Part shown: in pieces, positions 13,678 through 29,571 of the stretch
Layout: the number at the start of each line of letters is the position of its first letter
How positions within the stretch are numbered: position 1 is the first letter of the stretch
Assembly (NCBI GenBank): GCA_030604735.1
Contig: JAUVVG010000030.1
Coordinates: 12,984-44,983 of the forward strand
Reading direction: 5' to 3'
Length of the DNA stretch: 32,000 nt
Origin: Azoarcus sp.
GTDB taxonomy: Bacteria; Pseudomonadota; Gammaproteobacteria; Burkholderiales; Rhodocyclaceae
The notes under the pieces: generated by a model
Database searches by the model: none
What the model saw: the letters and a program-made list of their open reading frames with translations, nothing else
Told to the model about the DNA's origin: nothing
Made by a program: the position numbers and the translations under genes

Positions 13678-15492
13678 ATGTCCCGCGCCATCCGAAATAT
13701 CGCCATCATCGCTCACGTCGACCATGGCAAAACCACCCTGGTCGATCAGCTACTGCGTCAGTCCGGCACCTTTGCCGCGCACGAGGCGGTATCCGAACGG
13801 GTCATGGACAGCAATGATATCGAGCGCGAACGCGGGATCACGATTCTCGCCAAGAACTGTGCGATCCAGTACAAGGACACCCATATCAACATCGTCGACA
13901 CTCCGGGGCATGCCGACTTCGGTGGCGAAGTCGAGCGGGTACTGTCCATGGTCGATGGCGTGTTGCTGCTGGTCGATGCGGTGGAAGGCCCGATGCCGCA
14001 AACCCGCTTCGTCACGCGCAAGGCGCTGGCGCTCGGGCTCAAGCCGATCGTCGTGATCAACAAGATCGACCGCCCGGGCAGCCGCCCGGACTGGGTGATC
14101 AATCATACTTTCGACCTGTTCGACAAACTTGGAGCCACCGACGAGCAGCTCGACTTTCCGGTCGTGTATGCCTCGGCCCTGAACGGTTATGCCATGCTCG
14201 ACGCGAGCAACCCCGGCACCGACATGCAGCCGCTGTACGAGGCTATTCTGCAGCATGTGCCGCCGCCCGAGGTTTCCAGCGACGGCCCCTTGCAGTTGCA
14301 GCTTTGCTCGCTCGACTACTCGACCTACATCGGGCAGCTCGGTATCGGCCGGATCAAGCGCGGCAGGATTCGCCCGAACCAGGAAGTCGTGGTGCTGTAT
14401 GGCGACGAAAATCGGGGTAAGGCCAGGGTCGGTCAGATACTGACCTTCAAGGGACTGGATCGCAGTTCGGCTGAGTCGGCTGAAGCCGGCGACATCGTGC
14501 TCGTGTCCGGCATCGACCAGGTCGGCATCGGCGTGACCCTGTGCGATCCCGACTGCCTGGAGGCGCTCAAGCCGATCGCGGTCGACGAGCCGACGCTGAC
14601 GATGAACTTCATGGTCAACTCTTCGCCGCTGGCCGGACGCGAGGGCAAGTACGTGACCAGCCGCCAGATCCGTGAACGCCTGGAAAAGGAATTGCTCAAG
14701 AACGTCGCCTTGCGGGTCGAGTACACCAATGATTCGGACGTATTCCTGGTTTCGGGTCGCGGCGAACTGCACCTGACGATTCTGCTCGAGAACATGCGGA
14801 GGGAAGGCTTCGAACTCGCGGTCGGACGTCCGCGTGTCGTGTTCAAGGACATCGATGGCGTCAAGTGCGAGCCCTACGAGATGCTGACCGTCGACGTCGA
14901 GGAAGATCACCAGGGCGCGATCATGGAAGAGCTTGGCCGTCGCCGCGGCGAACTGCTGGACATGGCCTCGGACGGCAAGGGACGCTGCCGGATCGAGTAC
15001 CGTATTCCGGCGCGCGGACTGATCGGTTTTCAGGGCGAGTTCCTGACCCTGACCCGTGGCACCGGCTTGGCCAGTCACGTGTTCGACGACTACGGTCCGA
15101 TGGCTGGCGCCATTTCGGATCGGCGCAACGGCGTGCTGATCTCCCAGGAGAACGGCCAGGCGGTCGCCTATGCCTTGTGGAAGCTGCAGGATCGTGGCCG
15201 GATGTTTGTCAATCACAATGATCCGGTCTATGAAGGCATGATCATCGGCATCCATTCACGCGACAATGATCTGGTCGTGAACCCGATCAAGGGCAAGCAG
15301 CTGACCAACGTGCGCGCGTCCGGCTCCGACGAGGCAGTCCGACTGGTTCCGCCGATTGTCCTGACGCTGGAATCGGCCATCGAGTTCATCGCCGACGATG
15401 AGCTGGTCGAGATCACGCCGCGCTCGATCCGGCTGCGCAAGCGCTACCTGAGCGAAAACGATCGCAAGCGTGCGGCCAAGGCCGACGCCTGA
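13678..15492 (+). CDS. typA: Translational GTPase TypA/BipA
   Basis: [20 protein letters not shown]1 motif, [12 protein letters not shown], and EF-G-like domains. 604 aa. Confidence 0.95.
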   Translation: MSRAIRNIAIIAHVDHGKTTLVDQLLRQSGTFAAHEAVSERVMDSNDIERERGITILAKNCAIQYKDTHINIVDTPGHADFGGEVERVLSMVDGVLLLVDAVEGPMPQTRFVTRKALALGLKPIVVINKIDRPGSRPDWVINHTFDLFDKLGATDEQLDFPVVYASALNGYAMLDASNPGTDMQPLYEAILQHVPPPEVSSDGPLQLQLCSLDYSTYIGQLGIGRIKRGRIRPNQEVVVLYGDENRGKARVGQILTFKGLDRSSAESAEAGDIVLVSGIDQVGIGVTLCDPDCLEALKPIAVDEPTLTMNFMVNSSPLAGREGKYVTSRQIRERLEKELLKNVALRVEYTNDSDVFLVSGRGELHLTILLENMRREGFELAVGRPRVVFKDIDGVKCEPYEMLTVDVEEDHQGAIMEELGRRRGELLDMASDGKGRCRIEYRIPARGLIGFQGEFLTLTRGTGLASHVFDDYGPMAGAISDRRNGVLISQENGQAVAYALWKLQDRGRMFVNHNDPVYEGMIIGIHSRDNDLVVNPIKGKQLTNVRASGSDEAVRLVPPIVLTLESAIEFIADDELVEITPRSIRLRKRYLSENDRKRAAKADA

Positions 15493-15517
15493 TTGGATGG
15501 TCTTCCCTTCACAGAAA

Positions 15518-15546
15518 ATGGCGCCCGAAGCTGGGGCGCCATTTTT
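15518..15546 (+). terminator. Rho-independent terminator after typA (potentially bidirectional)
   Basis: ATGGCGCCC-GAAGCTG-GGGCGCCAT stem followed by TTTTT, with an A-run (AAAA) upstream. Confidence 0.8.
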
Positions 15547-15727
15547 GTTGAACGAGCGGCAAGTCCACTTACCCGCCGAAAAGTCCCTGTCGTAGCTTGG
15601 AATAAATCCAGTGCGGAGTTCGATGGCGCCGCCGCGCGGCGCCTGCTCCCTTGCTTGCTTGCTCGATAGGTCTCGGTCGTCGCGCGCTACGCTCTATAGT
15701 CGCTCGCAACGACCTTCTCACAAGCAC

Positions 15728-16615
15728 TCAGTTCTCCGCCGCGCCGCGGGTCGCAAGATAAGCCGAGAAGTCGTCAGAGACCTCAGGGTGACGTAGCGCG
15801 AACTCCACCGTCGCCTTCAGGTAGCCGAGCTTGGAACCGCAGTCGTAACGGTGTCCGCGGAACTGGTAGGACAGGACCGCTTCCTCCTTCAGCAGCGATG
15901 CGATCGCGTCGGTGAGTTGGAGTTCACTCCCCGCGCCTGGCTTCAATGCGCGCAGATGCTGGAAAATACGGGGCGTCAGGATGTAGCGCCCGACGACTGC
16001 CTGGGTGGTCGGAGCATCCTCGGGCTTGGGCTTCTCGATGATACCGGTGACCCGTTGCAAGTCGCCGTTCTGGGTTTCGGTGCTGACGATACCGTACTGT
16101 CGCGTCTCTTCGCGCGGTACGTTCATCGTACCCAGTACAGAGCAACGGTTGTAGTTGTAGACGTCGACCATTTGTTTCATGATCGGCGCTCCGCCGTGGT
16201 TGTCGAGCAGATCGTCGGCCAGGATCACCGCGAACGCTTCGTCGTCGCTGACCACATGCGATGCGCACAGCACCGCATGGCCCAGGCCGAGCGCTTCGGA
16301 CTGACGGATGTAGATGCAATTGACCCCGGTTGGAACCGTTTTCCGCACCAGGTCTAGCATGGCCTGCTTGCCGCGAGCCTCGAGTTCGGTCTCCAGTTCA
16401 TAAGCCTTGTCGAAATGATCCTCGATCGCCCGTTTGGTCCGACCGGTGATGAAAATCATCTCGGTGATGCCGGCGGCAACCGCCTCCTCCACCGCGTACT
16501 GGATCAGCGGCTTGTCGACGATGGGCAGCATTTCCTTGGGGCTGGCCTTGGTCGCCGGCAGAAAGCGGGTTCCCATTCCGGCGACCGGAAAAACGGCTTT
16601 GGTGATCTTCTTCAT
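15728..16615 (-). CDS. galU: UTP--glucose-1-phosphate uridylyltransferase
   Basis: [40 protein letters not shown] is the signature GalU N-terminus. 295 aa. Confidence 0.95.
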   Translation of the reverse strand: MKKITKAVFPVAGMGTRFLPATKASPKEMLPIVDKPLIQYAVEEAVAAGITEMIFITGRTKRAIEDHFDKAYELETELEARGKQAMLDLVRKTVPTGVNCIYIRQSEALGLGHAVLCASHVVSDDEAFAVILADDLLDNHGGAPIMKQMVDVYNYNRCSVLGTMNVPREETRQYGIVSTETQNGDLQRVTGIIEKPKPEDAPTTQAVVGRYILTPRIFQHLRALKPGAGSELQLTDAIASLLKEEAVLSYQFRGHRYDCGSKLGYLKATVEFALRHPEVSDDFSAYLATRGAAEN

Positions 16616-16632
16616 GTCGTTTCACTACTCCC

Positions 16633-19829
<3,197 letters not shown>

Positions 19830-19939
19830 TCCGATTCCCGATAAGACGCTCCACCGGCCAATTTGCCGTGGAAACTTCGTCAGCAGTATTCCGTGTTCGT
19901 TCTGATGTTGAAACCCTTGTTACGCCCGGTCACGAATGC

Positions 19940-22900
19940 TCAAGCCTCCACCGCCTCGGCCAGGCGCAGCGCTTCCTCGATGTCGACCTCGACAACCCGC
20001 GATACGCCCTGTTCCTGCATGGTCACGCCGACCAGTTGCCGGGCGATTTCCATGGTCACCTTGCTGTGACTGATGAACACGAACTGGGTCTGCGACGACA
20101 TCCGTTTAACCATCTGACAATAGCGTTCGGTGTTCGCGTCATCCAGTGGCGCGTCAACCTCGTCAAGCATACAGAATGGTGCCGGATTGAGCTGAAACAT
20201 CGCAAATACCAGTGCGATAGCAGTCAGGGCCTTCTCTCCTCCGGAAAGCAGATGGATGGAGGCGTTCTTTTTTCCGGGGGGCTGGGCCACGATCTGGATG
20301 CCTGCATCCAGGATCTCGTCGCCGGTCAGAACCAGTCGTGCCTGCCCCCCTCCGAACAACTGAGGAAAGAGCTCTCCGAAATGGCGGGTCACCGTGTCGT
20401 AGGTATCCTGAAGCTGCTCACGGGTTTCGCGGTCGATACGGCGGATGGCATCTTCCAGGGTCGAGATCGCCTCGGTCAGATCGTCGTACTGGGCGTCGAG
20501 GTAGGACTTGCGCTCTTGCGCGGTGCGCAGCTCGTCCAGTGCCGCCAGATTGACCTGCCCCAGATCGGCGATCTCGCGGGCCAGCCGGGTCACCTCGCGC
20601 TGTAGCGAGGCTTCGCGCAAATCCTCGGTCAACAACGGCATCAAGACCGACTCGTCCGCTTCGGCTTCGACCAGACGCTCCTGATGCTGTGCGGCGGCGA
20701 GTTCGGCGGCCTGGACCGACAGGCGCAGTTCGCCCACCCGATTGCGCGCCGGCGCCGCCTGCTGCTCGGTGCGCAGCCGCATTTCCTCCAGCTGTTTGAG
20801 CCTAGCCACTGCCTCTTCCTGGCGGTCGCGGCATTCGGCGAGTGTTTGCTCCCGCACCTGGCGCAGGTTCAGGGCCTCCTGCAGGGCGGCGCGACTGCGC
20901 GCGTCGTCGCTGGCCTCGTGCTCCCGCTCGCGGGTAAGTCGTTCCGACACGACCTTTCCGAGCTGCTCTTCGGCGACTGCGAGGTTGCGCGCGATGTCGT
21001 CCAGCTTGCCGGCGCATTCCCGCTCGGAGAAACGGGCTTCCTGCAGTTCCCGCGCGGTCGCCTGCTCCAGCGCGCGGGACTCTTTCAAGACACGCTCCCT
21101 GTCGCCGAGCACGGCCTGCGCGGCGTCCACCCGATTCCGCTGCAATTCGGCCAACTCGCTGCAACGCGCATGCTCCATGTCGGCACGCGCCAGGTGTTCC
21201 CGTTCGGTCGCCTCCAGGCGCACCAGATCGGCGAGGTCCCGGGTAATCTGGGCACTTTTCTCGTCGGCCCGCTGGCGCGCCTGGGTCAGCTTGAGCAGCG
21301 CCACCTGCTCCGCATGCAGTTGTTGCTGGTCATGCTGCAGCTCGCGCCTGAGCGTATCGATCTGCTCGCCAATATCGGCGACCCTGGCCTCGGACGCCAA
21401 CAGTGCGTCGTGCGTGAGCCGCACCTCGAACTCCAGCGCGACATATTCGTCGGTGAGTCGCTCGATCTCGCGCTGGCGCTCCATCACACCGTGCGTCCGG
21501 CTGTCGGGGGCGTAGTGGGCGAACATCGATCGAGTCAGGATCTTGCCGTCGGAACTGACCAGCCTGACTCCCGCAGGCAGATCGGCCTGGGCGCCCAGCC
21601 AGGGTTCGACCGACTCGATCGTGAAGCATCCATGAAGCCACTCGACCAGCAATGGCCGGATGCGCTCGTCCGTGATCACGATCCGGTCCAGCAGCGCTAC
21701 AGCGCCGGCCGGTGCTTCGGTGGTGGGCAGGCTGGATCCCGCCGGCACATCGGGCAGACCGATAAACAGGGATTCGGGCGGCATGTCGCCCAACGTTGTC
21801 CGGATGGCCTGGTCCACGTCACCGGTCAGTGCCGCGAGGCGTTCCTGCAGCAATGCTTCGACCGCGAGCTCCCACCCCGGCGCGACCTGCAACCCGCGCC
21901 ACAGCGGGGCCAGGTGATCGAGACCATGACGCCTCAGCCAGTCGCCCAGTTTGCCCTGGGTCTGGACCTTGGCCTGCAACTGCAGCAGCGCATCTCGCCG
22001 GGCGCGCAGTTCGGTCAGCTTGCGCTGGGCCTGACGCTCTTGATCGAGGGCGGACTTCAGCGCGAGCTGGGCGTCCGGCAAGCGGGACTGCAGTCCATCG
22101 AGTGTTTCGCGCCGGGTTTCGAGTGCTTGCTCGAACACCTCCACCCGGGCCTCCGCTTCGGCCATCTGCCTCGGGTCGGGGGCCTCGATGTGGACACCCT
22201 CATGCTCCAGCCGGGTGCGGCGCTGAGTCAGCGCGTCCAGGGCACGCGAGGCGCTGGCCCGGTTCGCTTCCTCGACCCGAAGCTGCTGCTCGGTCTGAGC
22301 GAGCTCACGTCTGGCCGCCGCGACCGTGGCATCAGCGGCCCGATGGGCGGATTCGGTCTCGGGCAAGTGCTGGGCGATCTCGGCATGCCGCGCATCCGAT
22401 CGTTCGACCCGGAGTCGGGCGTTGTCCAGCAGGGCCTGCCAGCGCTCGCTATCGGTCACGAGCGTCGCCTTGCGGCTTTCCCAGTGAAGCTGCTCGGATT
22501 CGAGTTCGGAGAGTCGTTTCTCGATTCGGGCCCGTGAATCCTCGAGGTGCTTTAGCTCGCCCTCCAGCCGGCTGACTTCGGCGGCGGCGGCATAGAGCGC
22601 GCTCTGGGCTTCATGCGACAGTTCGCTCGCAGCGAAGTGGGCCTCACGCGCCGCCTCTACCTCCGATTCCAGCTCCTGCAAACGAGCGCTATCAGCCTCC
22701 ATGCGCGCACTGAGCTGATTCAGCTCTTCGGCCAGCCGCTGGTGCGTCTGCCGCGCTTCCTCACGCTTCAACAGCCAAAGCAGTTGCTGGCGCTCCTGGT
22801 GCAGCGCATGCAGGTTACGATAACGTGCGGCCACCTCGGCCTGCCCCGACAAGTGTTCGATACGCTCGCCCAGTTCGAGCCGGATGTCATCGAGGCGGGC

Positions 22901-23473
22901 CAGGTTGTCGCGGGCATCGGACAGGCGGCCTTCGGTCTCCTTGCGTCGTTCGCGGTACTTGGTGACCCCGGCGGCCTCTTCGAGAAAACCGCGGATCTCC
23001 TCGGGACGGGCTTCGATGATCCGCGAGATCATGCCTGGCTCGATGATCGCGTAGGCACGCGGACCGAGTCCGGTGCCGAGGAACAGATCGACCACGTCCT
23101 TGCGCCGGACATGCACATTGTTGATGTGGTACGAGGATTCTCCGCTGCGGTCCAGGATGCGCTTGACCGAGATCTCGGCGTAACGGGACCACTGCCCGGC
23201 GGCCTTGCCCTCCGCATTGTCGAATACCAGTTCGACGCTGGCGCGCGACACGGGTTTGCGCGTCGTCGATCCGTTGAAGATCACGTCCTGCATCGATTCG
23301 CCGCGCAGTGCGCTGGCGCGGGTTTCCCCGAGCACCCAGCGCACCGCATCGATGATGTTGGATTTGCCGCAACCGTTCGGGCCGACCACGCCGACCAGGT
23401 TGCCCGGTGTTAGCACCGTGGTCGGGTCGACGAAAGTCTTGAATCCGGCGAGTTTGAGCTTGGCGAGACGCAC
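19940..23473 (-). CDS. smc: Chromosome segregation protein SMC
   Basis: (V)RLAKLKLAGFKTFVDPT..GPNGCGKSNIIDA Walker A, long coiled coils, a hinge, and C-terminal LSGGEK..LDEVDAPLD. By homology the start is the GTG at 23473. An in-frame ATG at 23521 is an alternative. The track start at 23602 is unlikely. Confidence 0.93.
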   Translation of the reverse strand: MRLAKLKLAGFKTFVDPTTVLTPGNLVGVVGPNGCGKSNIIDAVRWVLGETRASALRGESMQDVIFNGSTTRKPVSRASVELVFDNAEGKAAGQWSRYAEISVKRILDRSGESSYHINNVHVRRKDVVDLFLGTGLGPRAYAIIEPGMISRIIEARPEEIRGFLEEAAGVTKYRERRKETEGRLSDARDNLARLDDIRLELGERIEHLSGQAEVAARYRNLHALHQERQQLLWLLKREEARQTHQRLAEELNQLSARMEADSARLQELESEVEAAREAHFAASELSHEAQSALYAAAAEVSRLEGELKHLEDSRARIEKRLSELESEQLHWESRKATLVTDSERWQALLDNARLRVERSDARHAEIAQHLPETESAHRAADATVAAARRELAQTEQQLRVEEANRASASRALDALTQRRTRLEHEGVHIEAPDPRQMAEAEARVEVFEQALETRRETLDGLQSRLPDAQLALKSALDQERQAQRKLTELRARRDALLQLQAKVQTQGKLGDWLRRHGLDHLAPLWRGLQVAPGWELAVEALLQERLAALTGDVDQAIRTTLGDMPPESLFIGLPDVPAGSSLPTTEAPAGAVALLDRIVITDERIRPLLVEWLHGCFTIESVEPWLGAQADLPAGVRLVSSDGKILTRSMFAHYAPDSRTHGVMERQREIERLTDEYVALEFEVRLTHDALLASEARVADIGEQIDTLRRELQHDQQQLHAEQVALLKLTQARQRADEKSAQITRDLADLVRLEATEREHLARADMEHARCSELAELQRNRVDAAQAVLGDRERVLKESRALEQATARELQEARFSERECAGKLDDIARNLAVAEEQLGKVVSERLTREREHEASDDARSRAALQEALNLRQVREQTLAECRDRQEEAVARLKQLEEMRLRTEQQAAPARNRVGELRLSVQAAELAAAQHQERLVEAEADESVLMPLLTEDLREASLQREVTRLAREIADLGQVNLAALDELRTAQERKSYLDAQYDDLTEAISTLEDAIRRIDRETREQLQDTYDTVTRHFGELFPQLFGGGQARLVLTGDEILDAGIQIVAQPPGKKNASIHLLSGGEKALTAIALVFAMFQLNPAPFCMLDEVDAPLDDANTERYCQMVKRMSSQTQFVFISHSKVTMEIARQLVGVTMQEQGVSRVVEVDIEEALRLAEAVEA

Positions 23474-23633
23474 GTCCGGGCGGGCCACTACGGGGGTTGT
23501 ACAGGGCCCGCATGATACCATTGAAGCTCGCCCGCCTCGGGGAATGGCTGGCATGACATTCGCAGAAATGCGTGTCATCCGGTGCCGAGTTTGCGGCGGC
23601 AATCCGCACCCGCATAAGCATAATGGATCGATA

Positions 23634-24824
23634 GTGAACCCCTACCTGGACAGACTCCACCCCTATCCCTTCGAGAAACTCCGCGCGCTGTTCAATGATG
23701 TTGCCGCACCCCCGGACTACCCGCCGGTCAGGCTGTCGATCGGCGAGCCACGTCACCCGACACCGCCGTTCATCATGGAGGCCGTGGCGGCCAACCTCTC
23801 CGGGCTGGCGACCTATCCCTCGACCCAGGGTGGCGAGGCATTGCGTGAAGCGATCGCTGCCTGGCTGTCCAGTCGTTACCAGCTGGCGGGCATAGACCCG
23901 GCCACCCAGGTGCTGCCGGTTACCGGGTCGCGCGAGGCCTTGTTCGCCTTCGGCCAGTGCGTCATCGACGGGACTCGGGCCGGCGCAAAGGTCTTGTGCC
24001 CGAATCCGTTCTACCAGATCTACGAAGGCGCTGCCTTGCTGGCCGGCGCGGAACCGATCTTCATCAACAACCTGCCCGACGACGATTTCGCCTCCGACTT
24101 CGGCGCGATTCCGGCCTCGGTGATGGACGACGTACAGCTGGTTTTCGTCTGCTCTCCCGGCAACCCGACCGGACGGGTCCTGACGCTCGAAGAGTGGGCC
24201 ACCCTGTTCGATCTGTCCGACCGCCACGGTTTCGTCATCGCGGCCGACGAGTGTTACTCCGAGATTTATTTCGACGACGACAAGCCCTTGGGCGCGCTCG
24301 AGGCGGCGCAGCGTCTCGGTCGGCAGGATTTCCGCAATGTCGTGATGTTCTCGAGCCTGTCGAAGCGCTCCAATGTACCCGGCATGCGCTCCGGATTCGT
24401 CGCCGGCGACGCGCGTCTTCTGAAGGCCTTCCTGCGTTACCGGACCTACCACGGTTGCGCGATGAGCCCGACGATACAGGCGGCATCGGTCGTGGCCTGG
24501 CAGGACGAGGCGCATGTCGCCGAGAACAGGCGCCTGTATCGCGAAAAGTTCGATGAAGTGAGTCCTGTGCTCGCGCCGTACCTGCGCATCACCCGTCCGC
24601 AGGCCGGTTTCTACCTGTGGGCGGGCACGCCGATAGCCGATACCGAGTTCGCCCGGCGCCTGCAGGCTGAATATAATGTGACCGTACTGCCCGGCAGCTA
24701 TCTCGCCCGAGAGGTCGATGGCGTCAATCCGGGCAACAACTTCGTACGTATCGCGCTGGTCGCCGAAATGGCCGAATGCGTGGAAGCCGCCCAGCGGATC
24801 GCACGCTTTTGCAGCACTCTCTGA
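23634..24824 (+). CDS. dapC: Succinyldiaminopimelate transaminase (class I aminotransferase, DapC-type)
   Basis: (V)NPYLDRLHPYPFEKLRALF... is the typical DapC N-terminus. It has the SLSKRSN PLP-lysine region and lies directly upstream of dapD. The GTG start at 23634 is chosen by homology; ATG 23568 is an alternative. Confidence 0.8.
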   Translation: MNPYLDRLHPYPFEKLRALFNDVAAPPDYPPVRLSIGEPRHPTPPFIMEAVAANLSGLATYPSTQGGEALREAIAAWLSSRYQLAGIDPATQVLPVTGSREALFAFGQCVIDGTRAGAKVLCPNPFYQIYEGAALLAGAEPIFINNLPDDDFASDFGAIPASVMDDVQLVFVCSPGNPTGRVLTLEEWATLFDLSDRHGFVIAADECYSEIYFDDDKPLGALEAAQRLGRQDFRNVVMFSSLSKRSNVPGMRSGFVAGDARLLKAFLRYRTYHGCAMSPTIQAASVVAWQDEAHVAENRRLYREKFDEVSPVLAPYLRITRPQAGFYLWAGTPIADTEFARRLQAEYNVTVLPGSYLAREVDGVNPGNNFVRIALVAEMAECVEAAQRIARFCSTL

Positions 24825-24833
24825 CCTTTACTG

Positions 24834-25667
24834 ATGGAATCCCCAATGCAAGAACTGCAGAAAATCATCGATGACGCTTTCGAGAACCGTGCCAACCTGT
24901 CGCGCGCCTCCGCCCCTTCCGCAGTGCGGGACGCGGTGGCCGCGGTCATCAACGGGCTGGACAACGGCAGCTTGCGCGTGGCGCAAAAAGTCGACGGGCA
25001 ATGGGTGGTCAACCAGTGGATCAAGAAGGCCGTCCTGATTTCCTTCCGCCTGGCCGACAATGAAGTGATGGCCGGTGGCGCATCGCAGTATTTCGACAAG
25101 GTGCCGACCAAGTTCGCCGATTACACGCCGGAACAGTTCCGTGAGGGCGGTTTCCGGGTCGTTCCGCCGGCGGTGGCCCGCAAGGGCAGTTTCGTCGCGA
25201 AGAACGTCGTGTTGATGCCTTCCTACGTGAATATTGGCGCCTATGTCGATGAAGGCACCATGGTCGATACCTGGGCGACCGTCGGCTCCTGCGCGCAGAT
25301 CGGCAAGAACGTGCATCTTTCCGGTGGCGTGGGCATCGGCGGGGTGCTGGAGCCGGTGCAGGCCGGACCGGTGATCATCGAGGACAACGTCTTCGTCGGC
25401 GCCCGCTCGGAAGTGGTCGAAGGTGTGATCATCGAAGAAAACGCGGTGTTGTCGATGGGGGTCTACATCGGCCAAAGCACCCGGATCTACGATCGTGAAA
25501 CCGGTGAAGTGCACTACGGCCGGGTGCCGGCCGGATCGGTGGTCGTGCCGGGCAGCCTGCCCTCGGCCGATGGCAAATACAGTCTGTATTGCGCCGTGAT
25601 CGTCAAGAAGGTCGATGCGCAGACCCGCGCCAAGACCGGCATCAACGAACTGCTTCGGGGCGCCTGA
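24834..25667 (+). CDS. dapD: Tetrahydrodipicolinate N-succinyltransferase
   Basis: [15 protein letters not shown].. followed by hexapeptide-repeat left-handed beta-helix sequence ([40 protein letters not shown]). ATG 24846 is an equally plausible start. Confidence 0.95.
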   Translation: MESPMQELQKIIDDAFENRANLSRASAPSAVRDAVAAVINGLDNGSLRVAQKVDGQWVVNQWIKKAVLISFRLADNEVMAGGASQYFDKVPTKFADYTPEQFREGGFRVVPPAVARKGSFVAKNVVLMPSYVNIGAYVDEGTMVDTWATVGSCAQIGKNVHLSGGVGIGGVLEPVQAGPVIIEDNVFVGARSEVVEGVIIEENAVLSMGVYIGQSTRIYDRETGEVHYGRVPAGSVVVPGSLPSADGKYSLYCAVIVKKVDAQTRAKTGINELLRGA

Positions 25668-25738
25668 GCCGTCCGAGTCGCGCGCCGGCCTTGTGCCGGC
25701 GGCATCAACTGTCCCCTGCCCCGCGGAGACGCACGACG

Positions 25739-26917
25739 ATGATCTTCGAAAAGCTGTTCCAACTGATGGCGGAAAAGAAGGCTTCCGACATTTTCATCAG
25801 CGCCGGCGCGCCCATTCACATCAAGATCCAGGGGCATGTGATGCCGATCAATCAGCAGATCATGGATCCGCCGATGATCAAGAAGATGCTCTACGAACTG
25901 ATTTCCGCAGAACAGGCGGCGGAGTTCGAGCACAAGCGCGAATTGAACATCTCGCGCGGCGTCCGTGACATCGGCAACTTCCGCATCAATGCTTTCTGGC
26001 AGCGCAGCAGCATCAGCATCGTGATGCGCTTCATCCAGGGTGACATCCCGACCCTGAACTCGCTAGGCCTGCCGCCGGTGCTGGCTGATGTCGTGATGGA
26101 AAAACGTGGCCTGGTGTTGGTGGTCGGGTCCACCGGATCGGGCAAGTCGACCACGCTCGCGTCGATGCTGGATCATCGAAACCGCAACCGCTCGGGGCAT
26201 ATCCTGACGGTAGAGGACCCGATTGAATACCTTTTCAAACATCGCAAGTCGGTGGTCAACCAGCGCGAGATCGGCATCGACACCGAAAGCTGGAACGAAG
26301 CCTTGCGCAACGCGATGCGACAGGCTCCGGACTGCATCCTGATCGGCGAGATTCGCGACCGGGAAACCATGCAGGCCGGCCTCGCCTATGCCCAGACCGG
26401 TCACCTGTGTCTGGCGACCCTGCACGCCAACAATGCCTATCATGCGTTGAACCGTATTGTGAACTTCTTCCCGATCGAGAGTCGTACCCTGCTCTATCTC
26501 GATCTCGCGGTCGCGCTCAAATGCATCATGTCGCAGCGGTTGGTGCGCAAACCTGACGGAATGCGCATTCCTTCGGTCGAGATCCTGATGAACACCCGTC
26601 ACATCTCCGAGCTGATCGAGCGCGGCGAACTCATGGAGATCAAGGAAGCGATGGAGCAAAGCCTCGCGCCTGGATCACAGACTTTCGAACAGGACTTGTT
26701 CCGCCTGTATCACGAAAAGATCATCTCGCTGGACGAAGCGCTCGGTAATGCCGACTCTCCGACCAATCTGTCTTGGCTGATCAACAACGCCCAGTTCGGC
26801 AACGATGACGAAGTCGAGGCGGCGAAGAAGAAAAAGATCGATGCCGAGTTCGAACGGACCGAGCCGGACGGCGCTTCGTTCCGCGAATTCTCGCTTCATC
26901 TGGACAATCAAAACTGA
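25739..26917 (+). CDS. pilU: PilT/PilU-family type IV pilus retraction ATPase (PilU-like)
   Basis: Walker A GSTGSGKST, Walker B DCILIGEIRD, His box TGHLCLATLHAN, and a TRHISELIERGELMEIKEAM region resembling PilU rather than the PilT AIRNLIRE motif. GGAGA lies upstream of ATG 25739; the track start at 25589 is an extension. Confidence 0.8.
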   Translation: MIFEKLFQLMAEKKASDIFISAGAPIHIKIQGHVMPINQQIMDPPMIKKMLYELISAEQAAEFEHKRELNISRGVRDIGNFRINAFWQRSSISIVMRFIQGDIPTLNSLGLPPVLADVVMEKRGLVLVVGSTGSGKSTTLASMLDHRNRNRSGHILTVEDPIEYLFKHRKSVVNQREIGIDTESWNEALRNAMRQAPDCILIGEIRDRETMQAGLAYAQTGHLCLATLHANNAYHALNRIVNFFPIESRTLLYLDLAVALKCIMSQRLVRKPDGMRIPSVEILMNTRHISELIERGELMEIKEAMEQSLAPGSQTFEQDLFRLYHEKIISLDEALGNADSPTNLSWLINNAQFGNDDEVEAAKKKKIDAEFERTEPDGASFREFSLHLDNQN

Positions 26918-29052
<2,135 letters not shown>

Positions 29053-29111
29053 TCCGATCCGGATCAACAGGCACGGGAGTGCTGGGGCACTTGGCGTAAA
29101 GGGAGGGAGTA

Positions 29112-29555
29112 ATGATCACTGAACGGCCCATTCTGCTCGTCGAGGACAACCCCGACGACGAAGCGCTGACGCTCAGGGCCTTCAGCAAGAATGAAGTTCG
29201 CCGGCCTGTTGTCGTTGCCCATGATGGTGTGGAAGCGATCGAGTATTTGTTCGGCACTGGCGAATATGCCAACCGTGACCGCCACCCGCTGCCGGAAGTG
29301 ATCCTGCTCGACCTGAAGCTGCCGAGGATAGACGGACTGGAGGTCTTGCGCCGGATCAGGGCGGAAGAGGCGACCGCGATGTTGCCGGTGGTGGTGCTGA
29401 CCACATCCGGTGAGCCCAGAGACGTCCAGCAAGCCTATCAACTCGGCGCGAACAGCTATATCCGTAAACCGGTGGATTATCAGGATTTCGTGAAATACAT
29501 CGATGCGATCGTGACCTACTGGCTGAGGCTGAACGAATCCGCAGTCGTTTCCTGA
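29112..29555 (+). CDS. Single-domain response regulator (CheY-like receiver)
   Basis: ILLVEDNPDDE..ILLDLKLPRIDGLEVL..VVVLTTSGEPRD..GANSYIRKP contains the receiver residues (DD, phospho-Asp, T, K). There is no output domain. GGGAGGGAG RBS. Confidence 0.85.
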   Translation: MITERPILLVEDNPDDEALTLRAFSKNEVRRPVVVAHDGVEAIEYLFGTGEYANRDRHPLPEVILLDLKLPRIDGLEVLRRIRAEEATAMLPVVVLTTSGEPRDVQQAYQLGANSYIRKPVDYQDFVKYIDAIVTYWLRLNESAVVS

Positions 29556-29571
29556 GCGTTCGAAGCGTCGA

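Noticed and set aside
13750-15255. Very long ORFs antisense to core genes: 13750..15255 (501 aa, opposite typA), 16807..18555 (582 aa, opposite ligA), 20684..22537 (617 aa, opposite smc), 22887..24515 (542 aa), 1638..2699 (353 aa) and 27179..28147 (322 aa).
   Set aside because: Each lies opposite a gene with unmistakable conserved motifs. Their translations are Arg/Gly/Pro/Ala-rich low-information sequence, typical of stop-poor antisense frames in high-GC DNA.
15624-15662. Perfect 8-bp palindrome GGCGCCGC-CGC-GCGGCGCC and a (TTGC)3 microrepeat in the typA-galU intergenic region.
   Set aside because: There is no U-tract on either strand and no associated ORF. Short GC palindromes and 12-bp microrepeats are expected by chance in high-GC intergenic DNA.
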